DNA from: Tubiluchus corallicola
Lineage: Eukaryota; Animalia; Priapulida
Assembly (NCBI GenBank): GCA_030141605.1
Contig: JAQGDQ010000904.1
Location: 1-64,000, forward strand
DNA length: 64,000 nucleotides
Reading direction: 5' to 3'
Below are positions 39,672 through 51,474 of the stretch, in pieces (positions within the stretch are counted from its first letter, which is position 1; every line of letters begins with the position of its first letter). Both the position numbers and the translations under genes were made by a program. The notes under the pieces were generated by a model, which was given only the letters and a program-made list of their open reading frames with translations, had not been told where the DNA came from and did no database searches.

Positions 39672-39946
39672 GCTGGTATTGCCTGTAGACCTCATAAAGA
39701 TACAATTTCACAGCAGACTAGGTACGTTAAAAAGTCCAAAATACGAATGTAAAATAAGCTTTATTGAATAACTAACATTTTTAAAAAAAAGAAGATATAT
39801 GAACAGATTATCAGAGTGTCTACAACATTTAACTACGACAGAAAGGCCAAGCAGGAATCGTCAAATTAGCACATGCATTCTGTTCAGTTATATTTGCATT
39901 ACTGAGCTTCTTATCGATGCCCATTATTAACATTAGGAGATTAATC

Positions 39947-40169
39947 GGGTGGCGCAGCTCAATGGTAACGCAATCGCTTCCCACCCGGAAGGTCGTGCGT
40001 TCAACTCCCGGCCGAGTCATAACAAAGAGATAAAAACGGTACTGCTAGTTCTTCGACAAAGCACGTGTGTTTGTCGAAGTAGCATGCGGGTAACAATAAT
40101 CGGGACAACCTTGGAAATAAGTGTCGAGTTACTTGAGGTGTTACCTCTGGAGTATGTCTAAACGAAGTA

Positions 40170-40222
<53 letters not shown>
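39947..40222 (+). mobile_element. tRNA-derived SINE with (ATT)n tail
   Basis: A-box cagctcaatgg, B-box cgttcaactccc, body gagtcataacaaagagataaaaacggtactgc, then (ATT)n at ~40170-40222. Confidence 0.7.
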
Positions 40223-41984
40223 CAAGATCAGCCGTCATAACAACAAATTTACGTAAAATGACTTCTGTACGTGAACAAAAGTTCCTGATGCACATTGCAG
40301 GTGCCGTAGTACTATGAGGATTCTTTTAAAAAACCGTTTAAGGCAAAATGATATGCAACTTTTCATATACTCAGTGTTTGAAGCCTAAAGTTAATCCATA
40401 AATTATGTCCATAAAAAATAATGCAGTATGATCAGACAAATAAATGTTGTCTGATAGAAATGATAGAAAAAGTCGGCATTTAGAATCAATTGTACAAAAA
40501 CTAAAATGACGATTTAAAATGATAGAGCGAATATAGAACAAACGGGTTTGGTTTAATATATCAGTTCGTCAGACATCAGAACAATCATGTTTCATGTAAA
40601 ATCACATGACCTAGATATTTACATTGACCACTTATCTAGCAAATTTTCGACACAATGTGACATCGTGACAACAAAATTTAAATTGCGATAGGTAGACATG
40701 TAAATAGTTCGCCTTAGCTACGTAAAGATCATATTGTGAACGACTGCATGGGTTTCACAACTGTTTATAATAATTTTTGCATGGCCGGTATTGAAGAAGC
40801 TATTAAGCACAAATCATCTGCGTACTGTAAATGATTAATATGCGCGTCGTCCGGACGACAGGTGGCATTGGTTATTTTAAACAGCTCAGTTGATAAATCA
40901 TCAACATAGAAAACAGAACAGACGAGAAAATACCCACATGTCATGCCCTATTGGAACGTGCAAAGGATTCACAGGCGATTCACACAAATTCGTTGCAAGG
41001 CGTACCAAAACTTTGTAGTTTTAACAATGAGTTTGGCAAGACACCTGGTATAATGTATTTCGTTAGTACTAAAAATCTTTTGAACCTGTAACAGTGCAAA
41101 AGCCACTTTTAGCTCTGATCTGAGTGAAACACTGAAGCTGCTGGAATCAAAGCTACGCATTTCTGTTCAACCATTTATAATATATGGAGCCACGTGTTAG
41201 CAAAATTAATATGATAATCAAAAAATTTTTATTTTATTACCAAATCAATAGTAAAAAATCATTCGCAAACATTTGATGTCGAATGTAGACTGAATTACTG
41301 CTAGTTCTTATTAAATTCTTTAGTAGGCCTATTTGTTACAGAATGGCGCAAACAGGTACAAAGCCTTATTACCTTAATTGCGTTTGACCTGCAGCACCAC
41401 GCGTTGAATCTAACAGCTTTGCTTTTGTAATAAGAACCAAAGAATGCGTAGGTGCAATTACGAAACATCAAGTTACAAAGGAGACCATAATAGCCTTAAT
41501 TACGAGCAGTTAGTAAAGCAATAACAACTATTATATTCACCTAGAATTTGCTCGTGATCTCAATCTAATGGCGTAACGTGAACTAACGTAAGTGTTAAAT
41601 CATTACACCTTCAGAAGAAAAAGTAAAAATGCTCGTCTTTTACAGCAGTAATGTTACTGAAACTGATCTGCAAGTAACCAACGTAACACGAATCTCACAT
41701 CTGGATTACCTGTAAGCTCAGGTGACAGGTGATTACAGAGAGCACCTTTCAAAGTTGATAATTTGGAAACACGAATCCCTGTGAGAAAACAAAGCAGCTT
41801 ACAGTACCGTCTAGTAACAATGGACGAGCTAAACATCGAACTAGCTAATGAAAGACGTCATAATTAATTAGAATATGACTGTGATTGCCAGAGTTTATAA
41901 ACCACTGCGGTTTATTTTTAACAATTAATTCCAATTGCGAGTAATGAGTTGAAGAAACAAAGGAGACGCTGAAAAATTCTTGAC

Positions 41985-42050
41985 TAATCGGGACTTGAAC
42001 CTTAGACCTAGGATTTGTACCCCCGTGTTCAGCCAGCTGTTTCCCGCAAT
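41985..42050 (-). mobile_element. tRNA-like SINE head relic
   Basis: Minus strand ...tggctgaacacggg...ggttcaagtcccga: clear B-box, degenerate A-box. Confidence 0.35.
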
Positions 42051-42969
42051 GGGTAATAACTGTTAAAAATAAACCGCAGTGCTTTGCAAACTCTGGCAAT
42101 CACAGTCTCAATCTAATTAAATAATGAAAAAGGTATTTTGCTATATCTTCATTACACTCCAGCCGAAACGTTACACTCAAACACAAACACAGAGTTTACT
42201 CAGCGAGATGTTTGCATATTTGTGGTGAGAACGGTGTCTGGGTGCTATCGTTTAGAAGTTGTTTGTACTTGCATACACAGGACGGAGTTTTGCAGAAATT
42301 TTTGTTCGTACGTTTATAATGAATAGCCAGACATTACACAATAATCAAACGCTTACATAAATGCTTATAGATTTAGACCATAGACCCAGTCCTTCAATTT
42401 TCTGCATTGCCATCATTTTATTGCAATCATGGCAATCAAATATGACAGAATGATTATTTTGTCAAAGGCAGATGTCACATGCGCATTCCTGAAGTTTGAA
42501 GGTTAAAATATGGTCAAGTGGACAGCACGGATTTGCCAAATTTTTGATCTAAAATTACTAGGGCATGGCTATATTAGATTTTGTTGCAACTTCCATGTCT
42601 CAGATGTCGAGAGGTTCAAGGTCACGGACATTGACATGGGAATCCTTATGAAAGTATCTCTAATACAGTCTGTTTACCAGGTCCAGACTGTGCTATTGTG
42701 CAGTACAAAAAAATGTTAGTCCTACAGTTTCTTCATATCATAAGCCCCAAAACATTTTGTAACCTCTTCGTTAATAAATAATCATACGTTTGTTTTTTTA
42801 GCTATTTCTAATTTATTTGCAGGTAGGTGATGCTTTCTATTGGAAAAAATTTCATGGAGTTGATAATCGATTTGACATTTACGCTTCTCTAAAAAGACCT
42901 AACGTTTAAACGAAGGACGATTTAGTTATTAAAAGATCCCTTAATTCTTGATCTTGAGAAGGTTTCAAC

Positions 42970-44085
42970 ATGCAAAACATGACGAACCTGACAATTTCGA
43001 CAGAAGCTGTGATCACGCCCTGCGTGACATTTTCAAGGCCTGGCGGTATAACAACTGTAAACTTCATTCTTTACAAGATCTGCCTACCAGTAATTATTGC
43101 TGTAGGAATGCCGGGAAATGTACTCAATCTGATTGTTCTTATTGTAAGACGAAACGAGCTCAGTTCGATATCTTACATTTATCTAAGGGGTCTGGCTGTC
43201 GCTGACTTCCTCTTCGTTGCAATGTGGTCTGTGTGGCTGATAGTTATCCAAGGCATAACACCAAATATCGACCTTTCCCTGTATAGGGCCACGTTCAACG
43301 CCCACTTCTGTTTAACGATGATGAATACATTCAACAATGCCAGCAACTTGTGCATATTATTCGTTACTCTGGATAGATACTTGTCCATTTGTCATCCGCT
43401 GAGAGCCTTGTACCTGCGAAGCAAAAAGGCGGCTAGACTTGTAATTGTGTTTATTTTTCTGCTTTCCATTCTCCTCCACATTCCTGAAGCCCTGCAGTAC
43501 AACGTCAAGCAATACAGAGATTGCGATACCAACAAGCTATTTTACAAGATGAGTTGGAATACAGATATACGTGAATATATCGTGTATAAGTACGTTTGGC
43601 CATGGAGCGAGGTTCTGTTTGGTACAATCATTCCTGTCGTTGGTGTATGCGTCCTGAACCCCATGATTCTCCGTTCTTATCGTCAGAGTTGCTGCCAGAG
43701 ATCAAAACTTTGTGTCGTGGGTAGCAACGGCAAAAGTTTCAGCAACAACGAAAGAGGAGTTACAGTTCTTCTGCTTATCTTGTCCTTGATTTTCGTCTTG
43801 ACAACTTTTCCGTCTCTAGTAGCGAAAATAATCGTTCGCACCGGCCCAGAAAGGTTGCTCTCATCTAGAACGTTTCAGACGTACCAACATTTCACAAACG
43901 TTTTTGAAATCATCAATTATTCAATCAACTTTTACTTGTACAATTTAGCTAACGTTGTTTTTCGCAAAAACGTCCGCTATACGTTTGTTTGTGGGATTAA
44001 ACAGGTAGAAGAGAAAACGGCAATGTTTGGAAGCAGGGCTTCATCAAAGCTAGCCAGCTGTAAAACAACACACACCAATCTGTAA
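42970..44085 (+). CDS. Rhodopsin-like (class A) peptide GPCR, FMRFamide/sex-peptide-receptor-like group, 371 aa, single coding exon
   Basis: Seven hydrophobic segments; N-terminal N-x-T sequons; GMPGN (TM1), LAVAD (TM2), TLDRYLSICHP (TM3), LHIPE (TM4), IIP (TM5), TTFPS (TM6), NYSINFYLY (TM7 variant typical of this invertebrate group). Confidence 0.92.
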   Translation: MQNMTNLTISTEAVITPCVTFSRPGGITTVNFILYKICLPVIIAVGMPGNVLNLIVLIVRRNELSSISYIYLRGLAVADFLFVAMWSVWLIVIQGITPNIDLSLYRATFNAHFCLTMMNTFNNASNLCILFVTLDRYLSICHPLRALYLRSKKAARLVIVFIFLLSILLHIPEALQYNVKQYRDCDTNKLFYKMSWNTDIREYIVYKYVWPWSEVLFGTIIPVVGVCVLNPMILRSYRQSCCQRSKLCVVGSNGKSFSNNERGVTVLLLILSLIFVLTTFPSLVAKIIVRTGPERLLSSRTFQTYQHFTNVFEIINYSINFYLYNLANVVFRKNVRYTFVCGIKQVEEKTAMFGSRASSKLASCKTTHTNL

Positions 44086-44757
44086 TTTGTAATTTATAAT
44101 TTATAGGCTTATTTTAAATACCATTTACGTGCATGTATTATCATCATGTACTTTGACTTACCGAAGAACATTTTAAAAAGCTCTGCAAACTGATTTGGAA
44201 GGTCTAACTGTGTCCAATTTAACTGTATTTTCAATAAAGATTATTATATTTGCTAACAGTGAAAATCGAGCTTTAGTTGTTTTGTTCATTGTTGTTTCCA
44301 TCTGTCAATTGGATTGTTGCTCCTTGTTGAACCAGTTGCTTTAAGCTAGTAACAGTCTGGCAAAGGATGGGAATTCTAATCTCCACTGGTTCATAATTTT
44401 TCAGCGTATCCTTCTTTAACTCATTAGCCGCAAGGTTGATAATTGTGAAATAAACCGCAATGATTTATTAGGTTGTGGCATTCACAGTCATAATTTTATT
44501 AAGGATATTGTTAATCGCCAGCTAATTTGAAGAGCTGATATAATCTGATATAATTATGAAAATCTGCGTTAAAATAATTATGACAGTAGATAGGAATATT
44601 ATGGCGATGCGACTATGAATATTTTGGCGATGTATGTGCTTGAAATTACACCCAAAATAAAGAAATAAAATCAAAAAGTGTTTAGTTTTATACCTCAATT
44701 TCAAACAGTTTTATATACATTTAGTATAGAAGTATTAAGTTTAATTTTCACGGCCTC

Positions 44758-45038
44758 TATTCCAGGACGAGCACCAGAAGCAATATTTTTCAATTTGACA
44801 TTTTTTCAAAAAAGTATGGTTGAGCATATGTCTAAAATAAGATTATATTGTATTCCAAGAGGAGCACCAGAAGCAGTATTTTTAAATTAGTCAATTTTTC
44901 AAAAAAATGTGGCTGATTCATGTGTCTAAAATAAGATTATATGGTATTCCAGGAGGAGCATCAGAAGCAGTATTTTTCAACTAGTCAATTTTTCAAAAAA
45001 ATGTGGCTGAGTAATATATCTAAAATAAGATTATATTG
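44758..45038. repeat. Minisatellite, ~93-94-bp unit x3
   Basis: Units start tattcca(g/a)ga at 44758, 44851 and 44945. Confidence 0.9.
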
Positions 45039-45845
45039 ACTGTGGATTTTACTGTTTTATTTTATCTTCCTTGATCCACGTTTAACTGTCCACGAGAGCA
45101 ATGCAGTTTTTTACAAGTATGAAAAACAATATTACCTCAAAACACCAAATTTTTGTGATTTTGTCACTGAGATTCATGCACACAAAAATAATCTTTGACA
45201 ATAACCCCAAAACAAAAAATTTATAAAACCGTCTCACATACCGTTGAACTAGATAACAGCGGTTAGTTAAACCGGGTCACTGCACGATCTAACTGTCAGA
45301 CCACCCCTCCCTCTCCCACCCTGCTTTCCTTTAAGAACAACGCATCGAAAATACTTCAGTCATGTGAGTATCGTATAGCTAACAATGTCAACGCAGTATG
45401 ATACGATTTTAATCGTTTAACTAAGCAAGTAATTATTAATATCAAACGTGTGATCGATTACTGAAATAAAAAGTAATTACACGCGAATATTTCGAATGGC
45501 CCGTTTCGCCCATGCAGGCAACATCGTAAAAAATAATTGCTAGTATTAATGCGTAATCGTAGTTCGACATAAACTGATGGCGCCATCTGTAGGAGGCATC
45601 CGATAGAAAAGGACAATAGACTGTGACTGTGGTGGGACTGAAATTGTAGACTGGTTATTTTAAAGTAGGTGCTTCCAAAAAAATAAAATTAAAAAACAAT
45701 GGTGTTAACTTGAAGAGACGTGCAGACGCGAAACGGATATAAAAATCCAATGAGCTGTAATTAGATTAATAATAATTAACCAGGCAATGTTTATGGGTAA
45801 TTATAATGCGATCATGCTTCAAAATATTCGTCTGACTCTAGTAAC

Positions 45846-47643
45846 TTCATGTGTCTAAAGATAAGCCAGAACGTCTAAAAAGTCTATTAAGTCACTCTTG
45901 ACATTAACAAATAGTTAGAAAATATGAAATCTTAATTTCACAAAACTCTTATGCGAAGACAATCACTAGAGTGCACCACCTGACTGATCATGAGCAACTG
46001 CAAAATTCCTGCGCAATACAGTTACTGTAAATACGTATCACCAGGGACGTGAAAAATAACACGCCGCATTGGGCGATTATAAAGGGGCAAACACGAACTG
46101 TAGGGGAAGTGTAAACTGCTGAGTAGAATTCACATTATGCCAGAAGTAATTTTGTTTTACAAAGAGCATCGTGTCAACTAAACAGGTTAAATGATTGTTA
46201 ACATAGATCTTGCCCTCTAGCTCTTCGCATTTTCTCCTATTTGTGTTCTTGGTGCACGGACCATGAACTATTTCGTCCGACTAACTGTAATCACCTGTAG
46301 TCCTATACGATAATAGAATGCAGTTTAACATTAGAATGCAAACCTTTACCAGAATTATTGGATAAGCCACGAAAGTTTTTACAATTGTTTTATGAGCTAC
46401 GAGAGTTAGAAAGATATAACCAAAAGTATTACATGCTCATGCACAGTAAACTGCGCTCTTGTGGAATGTTAATAAATGCAGTGATGTCTTCTTACACTTT
46501 GCTTCAGCAATAATTCCTTGTCACAGATATAACTTCTCCTAATTAATATATGGTGCACTATCAACTTTTGGGCTGCACTGTGTAGCTAATTCTTATTAAC
46601 TAATGACAATGTTTATTCCCAATATCAGACAATATTCTGACTCTATTGAACAGACAAACTATAAACATTTTTACTATTACAATAACTCTATAACAGGTTC
46701 AAAAAAGCCAAGAAAGATAATGCACATAAAATTAACAATATTACAGCAGGGTTAAGAGCACAACGAAAACAGATCAGTTATCTATAACAAAATTCCAAAT
46801 TCCAGTTTCCCACTGAAATGAGTGTTGTAATTTAATGTATAGACTCAGATATTACTATGTTATCTGGATCAAGTAACAGGCCTATATAATGTAGCTGTTG
46901 ACATTTTACAATATTGTTGTCAAATTTTTCAACAATCGGGTGCAACAAGCCTTGCTGTGTCACACAGGAGTACTAAAGAAAACAAAAAAACAGTTATTTT
47001 GAGAAACGAATGAAAAGAGAATTGAAACTATTTGCCAGCATATTTTAGTGCAACAACTACTGAATTTTTAAGAAATTTGACCACAATCTGCAATCACGAT
47101 CCTCGCTTTGGTTTTTCCACTCTCTGAGCCATAATCTTCAATGACTAGGGCCACGTTCATGTGTCTAAAGATAAGCCAGAACGTCTAAAAAGTCTATTAA
47201 GTCACTCGTGACATTAACAAATAGTTAGAAAATATGAAATCTTAATTTCACAAAATTCTTATGCGAAGACAATCACTAGAGTGCACCACCTGACTGATCA
47301 TGAGCAACTGCAAAATTCCTGCGCAATACAGTTACTGTAAATACGTATCACCAGGGACGTGAAAAATAACACGCCGCATTGGGCGATTGTAAAGGGGCAA
47401 ACACGAACTGTAGGGGAAGTGTAAACTGCTGAGTAGAATTCACATTATGCCAGAAGTAATTTTGTTTTACAAGGAGCATCGTGTCAACTAAACAGGTTAA
47501 ATGATTGTTAACATAGATCTTGCCCTCTAGCTCTTCGCATTTTCTCCTATTTGTGTTCTTGGTGCACGGACCATGAACTATTTCGTCCGACTAACTGTAA
47601 TCACCTGTAGTCCTATACGATAATAGAATGCAGTTTAACATTA
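45846..47643. repeat. 488-bp direct duplication (45846-46333 and 47156-47643) flanking an inserted segment
   Basis: Copies are colinear; four substitutions seen by eye (45898/47208, 45946/47256, 46079/47389, 46163/47473). Confidence 0.95.
46336..47146 (-). pseudogene. 811-bp duplicate of the cyclophilin copy-1 3' end (partial last exon plus 3'UTR/flank)
   Basis: Matches 50743-51553 with one substitution seen (46620/51027); encodes [25 protein letters not shown] but lacks the native acceptor. Confidence 0.95.
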
Positions 47644-48239
47644 TACGTTATCTTACCATTAATTAATGCTGTGCATTAAGTAGCATTTCTCCTTGGGTCA
47701 CTAGTGAGTTGCAATATAATAAACTTCGATTTGGAGAATCACTCGAAGACTGCGGTGAACTTACGCATGCTACAAACTAACACAACGTCTGGCGGCCGCC
47801 ATTACTATCGAGCTATCCCAGTGTTCTTTGCGGTACGCTATAATTGACGAATACAATATCTAGTGCAAACCAGGGGCGTTATAAATAATATCTACTTGCT
47901 GTAACCAGAGAACCTTATTTTATATTTTCTCTGGTTTGTAATGATGATTTGATCTACATAATTTTGTCTGTCGAACAATCCTGTCTCACCTAGAGGCTTG
48001 CGCAACTACTGCAAAACTTTAGAAAATATGCAACAATGTAATATATAGGGAAAAAACAGATCACGTCTAATGATATGAGGTATTTATTAAATACTAAATT
48101 TATTCCTTGTATATGTATATGTTTTCTTATTTTACAAGAAAAAGATAGTTCTAATTTTAGGCTTAGGCATACATATTTTAAACATTTCTCAATTTATTAA
48201 TACTGCCTTAAAACAGCCCTGCTGTACGTAATTTGCATT

Positions 48240-48750
48240 GATATAGTTGGTAAATGCAGCTAATTACAACATTTCGTTTTTCCACTTACTGTGCACGTAG
48301 ATGGTGTAGCACACTTAGCTACAGTTAGACAAGGACATAGACATGGTGCCCATGTATGGAATGAGTTACCTAACAATGTGAGGAAAGTTGAAAATTTCAA
48401 GGAATTCCGAAGGTTATTATCTGTCTGGAATGGCAGTAAATGTAAATGTGTCATGTGTAAGTCTTTGTGACAATTGCGATAATTACTATAACGTACATGT
48501 ATAGCTAACGCGCTATTTTAATCCTGCTTTTTATATGTATATACATGTAGATGTGTGTGTGTGTGTGTGTGTGTGCGTGTGTGTGTGCCGCGGCATGCGT
48601 ACGTACGTGCACGTTCGTGCGTGCGTATGTATTTTAGTTTCCATCTTTGTTTTATTACACTTTTGTTACTGTCGGTTCAAAAGCTCTTAGGAGCTTGTTT
48701 TTATTTGTACAAGCATATACCAACTTTAAATAAAGATTATCATCATCAAA
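48240..48750 (+). mobile_element. CR1/L2-group LINE 3' end
   Basis: 48345-48470 reads GAHVWNELPNNVRKVENFKEFRRLLSVWNGSKCKCVMCKSL*, the typical WNxLP...W-x-G-x-x-CxCxxC ORF2 terminus; then (GT)n and an aataaa-gattatcatcatc tail. Confidence 0.75.
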
Positions 48751-49481
48751 TCGTCAGCTGCAGTTTTTGTTAATTCTCTTATAAAATTCATGTATGTTGA
48801 CGTCATCTGTGGCAGTAATGTAACTTTTTGATTTTCAGAACAATCGTTTATAATCAGCTAATTCGGTGACGTAGCTTTTCGCTACTTGTTCCTATTTAAA
48901 TGGTTATGATTTGTACAACTGACATGTTTTTGTCACAACCCGTTCAGGGTTATGACGTTCGTTGATTTTTCATTTCTGTATTTTTGTAGTGATATTTTAA
49001 ACACATTACGAGCACACACAAAGAAAACAAAATACATGTAAACGAGAAAAATTACCGAACCTTGTTTAGAGATTCATGAAATCCAAACATGATGTATTAG
49101 TACATACTCTGAATAGTGCATTATCCCAACACACCACACGCATTATAATTAGCTAATGAAACACTATCTGCAACACACTGAAAACACAACATGAATACAC
49201 GTATAATTAAACGTTTAAATCGAGTTATTGGACGCATAAACTTTGCAAATTAATGAGATCAATTTTCAAATAGAGACTATGCAAGTATATGCAAATGAAG
49301 ACTCTACGAGAAAGTAAGTAATTAGTTTTCAACTCATGCAACGAACACGGAATTTTCAAGTGTCGTACATGTTACAAAAGCGAATTCGAAATTTCGACGA
49401 TCATTACTGATTTTTCTCGAAGTTGCATTAATTGTTTCAATTGCCTCTCAATTCACTTTTATTAACTATCAAGAAAACACG

Positions 49482-49640
49482 CACATTACAAATGCCAGAT
49501 CAGTTTATAAGCTATAAAGACAACATGCACATTACAAATGCCAGATCAGTTTATAAGCTATAAAGACAACATGCACATTACAAATGCCAGATCAGTTTAT
49601 AAGCTATAAAGACAACATGCACATTATAAGTGCCAGATGA
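49482..49640. repeat. 46-bp tandem repeat, three full units plus a partial one
   Basis: cacattacaaatgccagatcagtttataagctataaagacaacatg at 49482, 49528, 49574; partial at 49620. Confidence 0.95.
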
Positions 49641-51474
49641 GTACGTAGGCCTGGCTTAACATGCTTACAATTGATATAGACAAATGTTTGTGAACGGATG
49701 GATTTATGTTTGTAAAAGGATGGACTTACGATGCTAATCAACTTTCAACTTTTCTTAGGCTACAATATTTTTTCTTTTATTTTGAATTTTCTTCTTTCAA
49801 TATACTTTATCAAGCGTTGAGACTGTTGATGTATAATTTGGTCCGAAGTACATGGCCACCTTAACTTAGCTCTAAAAGTATCACGGTTATATTGGTCCAA
49901 ATGTGCCCACAGACAATCATGGAAAAACCTTGAAAACCGGATTTTCAGTAGGAGTGGTGCTTGGCTATTCTTGGCCATTTTTTAACCTTTACCTCGTTCC
50001 ATGTATCTTTAAACATTTTGCCCTGATCTGCACGTTAAAACAAAATGAGATTGCGAGCCTCAATAAAAATGACAGTTTATAGTTTGTTTACAGTTTTTGA
50101 AGAAAAGCAAACAAGACAGCTGTCGTGTGAATACATAAAGGATCATAAAATGATTAAAACTGGATATAGCGTCATATCATATTATAGTTAATGCAGTAGA
50201 ATGCTGTAAGTTAAAGGTGGCATGCTTTATCACTAGATCATTTTCATGCCTTGGATGAAACATTAATAATTTTAGTTTTTCTAGATACTAAATGTGCATT
50301 TAACTACTGAAAGCAAAATCATTAGATTCCACAAAAACGCAGTTTGAACCGCAGTGCAGTACGTCACAGCTTAATATTCGACTCTTTAGCAGGCCTATAA
50401 CCTTGAGCATAAAATTTGAGCAAAAACTGTGTAGACGTTCATAATGATAATGACAGCACCATGGAATCCCTGACTGAAATTTGAAATTCAAGTTAAATTA
50501 AGTAAATCACAGAATCGCCTGCCTATATACTACCCTAAACTAGACCGCAATATACTCTGCGTTACAATACCGTATAGGGCTGTATTAAAGTAATTATGAC
50601 TTTTAAGAGTTGGTAAATATAATTATGATTATTAATAATTTGATTCTGTATAGGATAGAATCATGCAGTCATCTGGTCTATTATCTTACTGCACATTTCC
50701 ACCATGCTGTGAAGCTTTTATTCCATTATCAACTTGTTCGCTATGCAAACCTTTACCAGAATTATTGGATAAGCCACGAAAGTTTTTACAATTGTTTTAT
50801 GAGCTACGAGAGTTAGAAAGATATAACCAAAAGTATTACATGCTCATGCACAGTAAACTGCGCTCTTGTGGAATGTTAATAAATGCAGTGATGTCTTCTT
50901 ACACTTTGCTTCAGCAATAATTCCTTGTCACAGATATAACTTCTCCTAATTAATATATGGTGCACTATCAACTTTTGGGCTGCACTGTGTAGCTAATTCT
51001 TATTAACTAATGACAATGTTTATTCCTAATATCAGACAATATTCTGACTCTATTGAACAGACAAACTATAAACATTTTTACTATTACAATAACTCTATAA
51101 CAGGTTCAAAAAAGCCAAGAAAGATAATGCACATAAAATTAACAATATTACAGCAGGGTTAAGAGCACAACGAAAACAGATCAGTTATCTATAACAAAAT
51201 TCCAAATTCCAGTTTCCCACTGAAATGAGTGTTGTAATTTAATGTATAGACTCAGATATTACTATGTTATCTGGATCAAGTAACAGGCCTATATAATGTA
51301 GCTGTTGACATTTTACAATATTGTTGTCAAATTTTTCAACAATCGGGTGCAACAAGCCTTGCTGTGTCACACAGGAGTACTAAAGAAAACAAAAAAACAG
51401 TTATTTTGAGAAACGAATGAAAAGAGAATTGAAACTATTTGCCAGCATATTTTAGTGCAACAACTACTGAATTT

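Larger units (their letters stand above)
35100..42969 (+). other. Predicted spliced 5'UTR of the GPCR
   Basis: Donor aag|gtaagt after 35380; internal exon tttcag|38422...38534|gtatat; acceptor ttatttgcag ending 42822, upstream of ATG 42970. Splice-signal prediction only. Confidence 0.4.

Noticed and set aside
46336-47146. Processed (retro) pseudogene or third cyclophilin gene
   Set aside because: No poly(A) tail or TSD, it extends past the likely polyadenylation signal, and it contains only part of one exon.
45846-47643. LTR retrotransposon or TRIM (two ~490-bp direct repeats with TG...CA inside)
   Set aside because: Homology extends beyond the TG and CA, no TSD, PBS or PPT is visible, and the interior is an unspliced copy of adjacent genomic DNA.
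49482-49640. CRISPR-like array (also 44758-45038)
   Set aside because: Head-to-tail tandem units with no unique spacers; eukaryotic context, no cas genes.
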